Positions 46,199 to 50,796 of a stretch of 50,796 nt of DNA are shown here, piece by piece. The translations under genes and the position numbers were made by a program. Position 1 is the first letter of the stretch, and each line of letters starts with the position of its first letter. The notes under the pieces were generated by a model. It was given only the letters and a program-made list of their open reading frames with translations. It had not been told where the DNA came from and searched no databases. Origin of the DNA: Candidatus Omnitrophota bacterium (lineage in GTDB: Bacteria > Omnitrophota > Gorgyraeia > Gygaellales > Profunditerraquicolaceae); assembly GCA_025453445.1 (NCBI GenBank), contig JALOQJ010000012.1:1-50796 (forward strand). Direction: 5' to 3'.

Positions 46199-46750
46199 TT
46201 ATCCGCCCTTACCGGTAGCCTGTGCCTTACCGACTTTCTTCTTCACGTGTTCTCCGACAAAACGCACGCCTTTACCCTTATAAGGCTCAGGCGGATAGAT
46301 AGCGCGGATTTCCGTGGCCACCTGTCCGATTTTTTCTTTATCAATACCCCTAATCACAAGTTGTGTAGGCTTGGGGGCTTCTATCTTAATTCCTTCGGGT
46401 ATAGGATAATTTACCGGATGAGAAAAACCAAGCGCTAAAGTCAGTTTATTGCCCTGCACCTGCGCCTTAAAACCTACACCGATAATTTCCAGTTCCTTAA
46501 CGAAACCTTCGGTTACGCCTTGAATCATACCGACCATTAAAGCACGATAAAGCCCATGCAAAGATTTGTCCAATTTTGAATCGCCTGCACGCTGGAGAAA
46601 TCCCTGCCCGTCTTTAGTTTCAAAAGTGATCCGGTAAGATATCGGGCGTGTCAGTTTACCCTTGGGCCCTTCTACATGCATAAACCCATCTTTAACTTCC
46701 ACTTTTACTTCTTTGGGTATGGTAATTGCTTTTTTGCCTAACCTGGACAT
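46199..46750 (-). CDS. rplF: 50S ribosomal protein L6
   Basis: MSRLGK, GPKG, LGFSHPV and PEPYKGKG motifs. Confidence 0.98.
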   Translation of the reverse strand: MSRLGKKAITIPKEVKVEVKDGFMHVEGPKGKLTRPISYRITFETKDGQGFLQRAGDSKLDKSLHGLYRALMVGMIQGVTEGFVKELEIIGVGFKAQVQGNKLTLALGFSHPVNYPIPEGIKIEAPKPTQLVIRGIDKEKIGQVATEIRAIYPPEPYKGKGVRFVGEHVKKKVGKAQATGKGG

Positions 46751-46759
46751 TTTTATTCC

Positions 46760-47155
46760 TTACCAGATATAGGCGATTACTTCTCCGCCTAAACCTGATT
46801 CTCTTGCTTCTTTATCGGTTAAAATACCTTTTGATGTTGAAATTATTGCAAGGCCCCTTCCTCTTAATACTGAAGGCACCTTCCCGTGCTTAACATAGAT
46901 GCGCAAACTCGGACGGGATATGCGCTTGATATTTTTAATTGCCGGCTTATCATATACATACTTAAGATAAATCCTGAAAATCCCCTGCTTTTTATCTTCG
47001 ATTAATTTAAAGGTTTCGATATAGCTTTCTTTCTGCATAATCTCCAGCACTGCTTTAATAGTACCGGAAGCCGGCACATCGGCATTTTCTTTACCCGCCA
47101 TAACGGCGTTGCGTACTATCGTAAATGCATCTGCCAGCAAATCTGTCCTCGACAT
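46760..47155 (-). CDS. rpsH: 30S ribosomal protein S8
   Basis: RISRPSLRIY, ISTSKG and GGEV motifs. Confidence 0.98.
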   Translation of the reverse strand: MSRTDLLADAFTIVRNAVMAGKENADVPASGTIKAVLEIMQKESYIETFKLIEDKKQGIFRIYLKYVYDKPAIKNIKRISRPSLRIYVKHGKVPSVLRGRGLAIISTSKGILTDKEARESGLGGEVIAYIW

Positions 47156-47177
47156 TTATATTATCTCCTTAAAATTT

Positions 47178-47363
47178 CTACCAGCTTGCCTTTTTTACTC
47201 CAGGGATAAGGCCGCCCCAGGCTAATTCCCTGAAGCAGATACGACAAAGCTTAAACCTGCGCAGATATCCTCCTGACCTGCCGCAAAGCGAGCAGCGGTT
47301 ATATTTGCGCGTTGAAAATTTAGCGGGTCTCTTCCACCGGGCGATTTGTGAATGTTTAGCCAT
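47178..47363 (-). CDS. rpsN: 30S ribosomal protein S14 (zinc type)
   Basis: ATG 47363; RCSLCGR...LCRICFRE...PGVKKASW. Confidence 0.97.
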   Translation of the reverse strand: MAKHSQIARWKRPAKFSTRKYNRCSLCGRSGGYLRRFKLCRICFRELAWGGLIPGVKKASW

Positions 47364-47364
47364 T

Positions 47365-47919
47365 TTATTCCTTTGACTCCTTAAAAGGCATGCCAAATAA
47401 CCTTAACAATTCTCTTGCCTGTGCTGTGTTTTTGGCGTTTTTAATCACGAAAGTTATATCCATACCCTGTGCGCGGGTAATTCTATCGTATTCAATTTCA
47501 GGAAATATCGTCTGTTCTGGCAGGCCCATGGTATAATTACCGGCCTTATCAAATGAATTATCCGGAATTCCTCTGAAGTCGCGAATACGCGGCATCGCCA
47601 CGTTAATTAGCCTGTCCATAAATTCATACATCATCACCCGTCTTAAGGTAACTTTACAACCTATGGGTAAACCCTGCCTGATTTTAAAATTCGCGATAGC
47701 TTTTTTCGCACGGCGCATAATCGGCTTCTGTCCTGTAATCATGGATAATTCTTCCATCGCCTTATCTAAAATTTTTATATCCCCGATTGCTTCGCCTACC
47801 CCCATATTCACTACAATTTTATCCAAATGAGGTACAGCAAAACGGTTCTTTAAAGAAAACTTTTCCATCATCTTAGGGATAATTTCTAATCTGTATTTTT
47901 CAAGTAGTCGCACGCTCAT
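47365..47919 (-). CDS. rplE: 50S ribosomal protein L5
   Basis: [25 protein letters not shown] and GMDIT motifs. Confidence 0.98.
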   Translation of the reverse strand: MSVRLLEKYRLEIIPKMMEKFSLKNRFAVPHLDKIVVNMGVGEAIGDIKILDKAMEELSMITGQKPIMRRAKKAIANFKIRQGLPIGCKVTLRRVMMYEFMDRLINVAMPRIRDFRGIPDNSFDKAGNYTMGLPEQTIFPEIEYDRITRAQGMDITFVIKNAKNTAQARELLRLFGMPFKESKE

Positions 47920-47920
47920 A

Positions 47921-48232
47921 TTAAATAGCTTCCTTGCAAGATTTACAAAACCGTGTTTTCGTCCCGTCTTTTAATTCTTTGATTCCTACTCTTACCGCTT
48001 TGCTGCAATGTTTACAGACCATCATTAAATTAGAAAGCGCAATTGACATCTCAACCGATACAACGCCTCCTTGCTGATCCTGCTGCGTGCGGCGCTTGTG
48101 TTTCTTGACCATATTTATACCTTCGACAATTGCCCGTTTCTGAGCGCCTAAAATGTTAATTACTTTGCCTTTTTTGCCCCGGTCTTTGCCTTTTATTGCC
48201 TGAACTGTGTCGCCGCGTTTAATCTTAAGCAT
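47921..48232 (-). CDS. rplX: 50S ribosomal protein L24
   Basis: IKRGDTV..IKGKDRGKKGKV and VEGIN motifs. Confidence 0.97.
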   Translation of the reverse strand: MLKIKRGDTVQAIKGKDRGKKGKVINILGAQKRAIVEGINMVKKHKRRTQQDQQGGVVSVEMSIALSNLMMVCKHCSKAVRVGIKELKDGTKTRFCKSCKEAI

Positions 48233-48600
48233 TAAATGACCTCCGGAGCTAGAGATATAATTTTAGTAAAATTCCTCTCCCTTAATTCTCTGGCAACGGG
48301 CCCGAAAACGCGCGTGCCCCGCGGGTTAGACTGGGCATCAATAAAAACTACTGCGTTACGGTCAAACCTCAAAATCGAACCGTCGGGACGCCTAATCGGC
48401 TGCTTGGTCCTGACGATTACCGCCTTAGCAACTTCCCCTTTTTTAATTGCCGCATCAGGGCTGGATTCCTTGATATTCACATTAATAGTGTCGCCTATTT
48501 CGGCATGCTCGCAATTTTTCTTGCCTAAAACCCCGATAAAAGAAGCTTTCTTGGCACCGGTATTATCAGCTACATCTAAAATTGACCTGAGTTGAATCAT
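48232..48600 (-). CDS. rplN: 50S ribosomal protein L14
   Basis: [24 protein letters not shown] and SLAPEV motifs. Confidence 0.98.
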   Translation of the reverse strand: MIQLRSILDVADNTGAKKASFIGVLGKKNCEHAEIGDTINVNIKESSPDAAIKKGEVAKAVIVRTKQPIRRPDGSILRFDRNAVVFIDAQSNPRGTRVFGPVARELRERNFTKIISLAPEVI

Positions 48601-48878
48601 TTTACCTCTTCCTTAATCTCAATATGTGAAGCTGCGGCTTTTTTTACTATTTCAGAAATTCTCCAGCGCTTATCTTTGGATAACGGACGGGTTTCTACTA
48701 TGCGCACAGTATCACCGATTTTAGCAAGGTTATTTTCATCATGGGCTTTAAACTTATTAGTCCTTTTCACGATCTTGCCATATTTGGCATGCTTAGTCAG
48801 ATGCATAACTTTTACTACTCGCGTCTTCTGCATTTTATCGCTGGTAACTAACCCGACAAAACTTTTTCTCTTACCCAT
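48597..48878 (-). CDS. rpsQ: 30S ribosomal protein S17
   Basis: SDKMQKT, AHDE and [11 protein letters not shown] motifs. Confidence 0.97.
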   Translation of the reverse strand: MGKRKSFVGLVTSDKMQKTRVVKVMHLTKHAKYGKIVKRTNKFKAHDENNLAKIGDTVRIVETRPLSKDKRWRISEIVKKAAASHIEIKEEVK

Positions 48879-49092
48879 TGGTTTTCTCCACGCCTGCCGG
48901 CGAGGCAGGTTTTTTTTCGTTTAATAATGTCTTAACCCGGGCAATATCTCTTTTTATTAAGGAAAACATATGCGGCTTGTCAACGCGGCCCGAGTAGCGC
49001 TGAGAATTCATTTTGAACAAATCTTCGCGCAATACCTTTTCCTTTTGGATTAATTCGTCTTTTGATAGTCCACGTAAATCTTTAATCTTCAT
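48871..49092 (-). CDS. rpmC: 50S ribosomal protein L29
   Basis: ATG 49092 MKIKDLR...[11 protein letters not shown]; lies between rplP and rpsQ. Confidence 0.95.
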   Translation of the reverse strand: MKIKDLRGLSKDELIQKEKVLREDLFKMNSQRYSGRVDKPHMFSLIKRDIARVKTLLNEKKPASPAGVEKTNG

Positions 49093-49093
49093 C

Positions 49094-49510
49094 TTATTTG
49101 TGCACCCTTGTGACAAACTTTGTTTTTAACGGTAATTTGTAAGCAGCCAGCCTAAAGCAATAACGGGCATATTCCTCAGGGACTCCTCCCAGCTCGAATA
49201 AAATTTTGCCCCTTTTAACTACGACTACCCAATGACTAAGGTCGCCCTTACCTTTGCCCATACGTACTTCTGCCGGCTTTTTAGTAATAGGCTTATCAGT
49301 AAAAATCCTGATCCACATCTTACCGCCTTTATGCAGCTGACGGGCCAAAATTACGCGTACTGCCTCTACCTGGTTATTTCTGATCCATCCGTTCTGTAAT
49401 ACTTTTAAACCGAATTCTCCGAAAGCCAATTCCGCGCCGGTTGTGGCAATACCCCTGCGATCACCTTTTTGTAAGTTACGATACTTGATTCTTTTGGGCA
49501 TCATTACCAT
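49094..49510 (-). CDS. rplP: 50S ribosomal protein L16
   Basis: [27 protein letters not shown] and AAYKLP motifs; start at or near ATG 49510. Confidence 0.97.
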   Translation of the reverse strand: MVMMPKRIKYRNLQKGDRRGIATTGAELAFGEFGLKVLQNGWIRNNQVEAVRVILARQLHKGGKMWIRIFTDKPITKKPAEVRMGKGKGDLSHWVVVVKRGKILFELGGVPEEYARYCFRLAAYKLPLKTKFVTRVHK

Positions 49511-49511
49511 T

Positions 49512-50170
49512 TTACACTGATCCTTCCGGCTGCTCTGCTGCTGCAAGTTTTGCTGCCACCGGGTTTACACCTTTGGCTATTAATATATCGCCTTTATAAA
49601 TCCAGACCTTAATTCCGATCAGGCCGTAAGTAGTAAAGGCTTCTGTAAAACCATAATCAATATCAGCGCGCAATGTTTGCAATGGGATTTTTCCCTGCCT
49701 GTATGTTTCTGTACGGGACATTTCTGCGCCGTTTAACCTTCCGGATGACATGATTTTAATACCTTTAGCACCTGCGTTCATCGACTGTTCGATGGCGCGT
49801 TTGACTGCACGGCGGAAAGCTACTCTTTTTTCAATCTGAAAAGCTACGTTCTGCGCAACTAACTGCGAGTCCAAGCCGGGATTTTTTACTTCTTCTATAT
49901 CGATAGATACTTCGGCTTTTTGTCCGTTCCGTGGCGGCCGATGATAATCCCGGGCCGTGCAGATAAAATACGCACCTTTATCCGGTCAGCGAGCCTTTCA
50001 ATAATTACATTTGCTACGGCAGCATGCTTAAATTTCGCCTTAACATGTTTCCTGATTTGATAATCCTGCTCAATGAAACGGGGATAATCCTTAGGATTGG
50101 CAAACCAACGGCTGTGCCAAGTCCTGATAAAACCAATTCTTAGTAATAACGGACTAACTTTATGACCCAT
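49512..50170 (-). pseudogene. rpsC: 30S ribosomal protein S3, split by an internal deletion with frameshift near 49920 (likely assembly artefact)
   Basis: The N-half MGHKV...[13 protein letters not shown] and the C-half [23 protein letters not shown]...[10 protein letters not shown] are in different frames, and the intervening KH helix is missing. Confidence 0.92.
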
Positions 50171-50173
50171 AAA

Positions 50174-50512
50174 TTATTCTCCTGCTTTTAAATCTAATTC
50201 TATGCGTATATGCGACGTGCGTTTTTTTATCGGTGCTGCCCTGCCAAATGCCGCTGCCTTAAACCTTTTCCATGCAGGCCCAACATCACAGATGATCCGT
50301 GAAACATATAACTGTTCCGGATTAAAACCTTTTACTTTGGCATTTGCAATTGCCGAATCCAATATCTTGATTAAATATTCTTTTGGCCTTTTATTTAGGG
50401 AAACCAAAATCGCTCTCGCAGAAAGTGCGTCTTTACGCCTGATCAGATCCATTACCTGCCTGACCTTAGTCGGCGTAATCCTTAAAAATTTTCCTTCAGC
50501 TTTAACTATCAT
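50174..50512 (-). CDS. rplV: 50S ribosomal protein L22
   Basis: RITPTKVR, SAIANA and GRA..IKKRTSHI motifs. Confidence 0.97.
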   Translation of the reverse strand: MIVKAEGKFLRITPTKVRQVMDLIRRKDALSARAILVSLNKRPKEYLIKILDSAIANAKVKGFNPEQLYVSRIICDVGPAWKRFKAAAFGRAAPIKKRTSHIRIELDLKAGE

Positions 50513-50796
50513 TATGTCTTCTCAACTGCTTTCTTAGCTTTTACGCCGCCGTGCTTCCTGAAAATTCTTGAGGGAGAAAATTCACCCATCTTATGGCCGA
50601 CCATATTTTCCGTAACAAAAACCGGAATATGTTTGTGGCCGTCATAAACGGCAAAAGTAAACCCGACAAAATCAGGTATAATCGTTGACTGACGGGACCA
50701 GGTTTTTATCGCCTGGCGCTGGCCGGCACGCCTTGCCCTGTCAACTTTTTTGATTAATTTCTCTTCAACAAATGGGCCTTTTTTTAATGAACGCGG
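50512..50796 (-). CDS. rpsS: 30S ribosomal protein S19 (start codon just outside window)
   Basis: Manual translation [10 protein letters not shown]...[16 protein letters not shown]...[13 protein letters not shown]; its TAA overlaps the rplV ATG. Confidence 0.97.
   Translation of the reverse strand, partial: PRSLKKGPFVEEKLIKKVDRARRAGQRQAIKTWSRQSTIIPDFVGFTFAVYDGHKHIPVFVTENMVGHKMGEFSPSRIFRKHGGVKAKKAVEKT

Noticed and set aside
49915-49925. Programmed ribosomal frameshift in rpsC
   Set aside because: Sequence is missing as well as shifted, and there is no canonical slippery heptamer.
528-50537. Numerous plus-strand and nested ORFs in the track (e.g. 15696-16256, 37221-37766, 45947-46438, 27818-28096)
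   Set aside because: They lie antisense to or out of frame within well-supported genes and have no recognisable motifs; treated as shadow ORFs.

Overview
Bacterial chromosomal window with moderate GC. Nearly all genes are on the minus strand; the one supported plus-strand gene is a GAF-GGDEF diguanylate cyclase. The right end (38.6-50.8 kb) is the S10/spc/alpha ribosomal superoperon from rpsS to rplQ, with no rpmD. It runs into aspC-leuC-like-pilT-leuD-like-icd-mdh-lpdA-lipB-lipoyl carrier and ends at a strong terminator near 30.44 kb. The left part (1-12.6 kb) is a long mixed housekeeping operon: rpsU, TIM-barrel protein, MEMO/AmrB, DUF1844, aroQ, Xaa-Pro peptidase, efp, accB, accC, Asp23, AmaP, PFK, gmhA, hldC, ThiD2, thiC, tRNA-Gly(CCC), LysM-M23 lipoprotein and an archaeal-type ATPase. 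An smc gene whose canonical hinge is replaced by a ~55-aa segment lies next to it. The accessory block at 17.5-30.4 kb is the best candidate for an undescribed system. It holds an HTH regulator, a degenerate acyl-ACP-reductase homolog, a non-catalytic KS (chain-length-factor-like), an ACP, an active KS, a thioester reductase, a GMC oxidoreductase, an AbiEii toxin with a truncated HTH partner, a nitroreductase, a CrtI/RetSat-like FAD oxidoreductase, an orphan multi-TM GAF histidine kinase and a PilZ protein. A sharply bounded low-GC cassette covers the oxidoreductase body and the kinase sensor domain together. Two normally essential genes (accB, rpsC) are frameshifted, most likely by assembly errors. 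Gene content suggests a diderm, possibly Ca. Omnitrophota/PVC; this is inference only. All family calls come from motif recognition, and no database searches were run.
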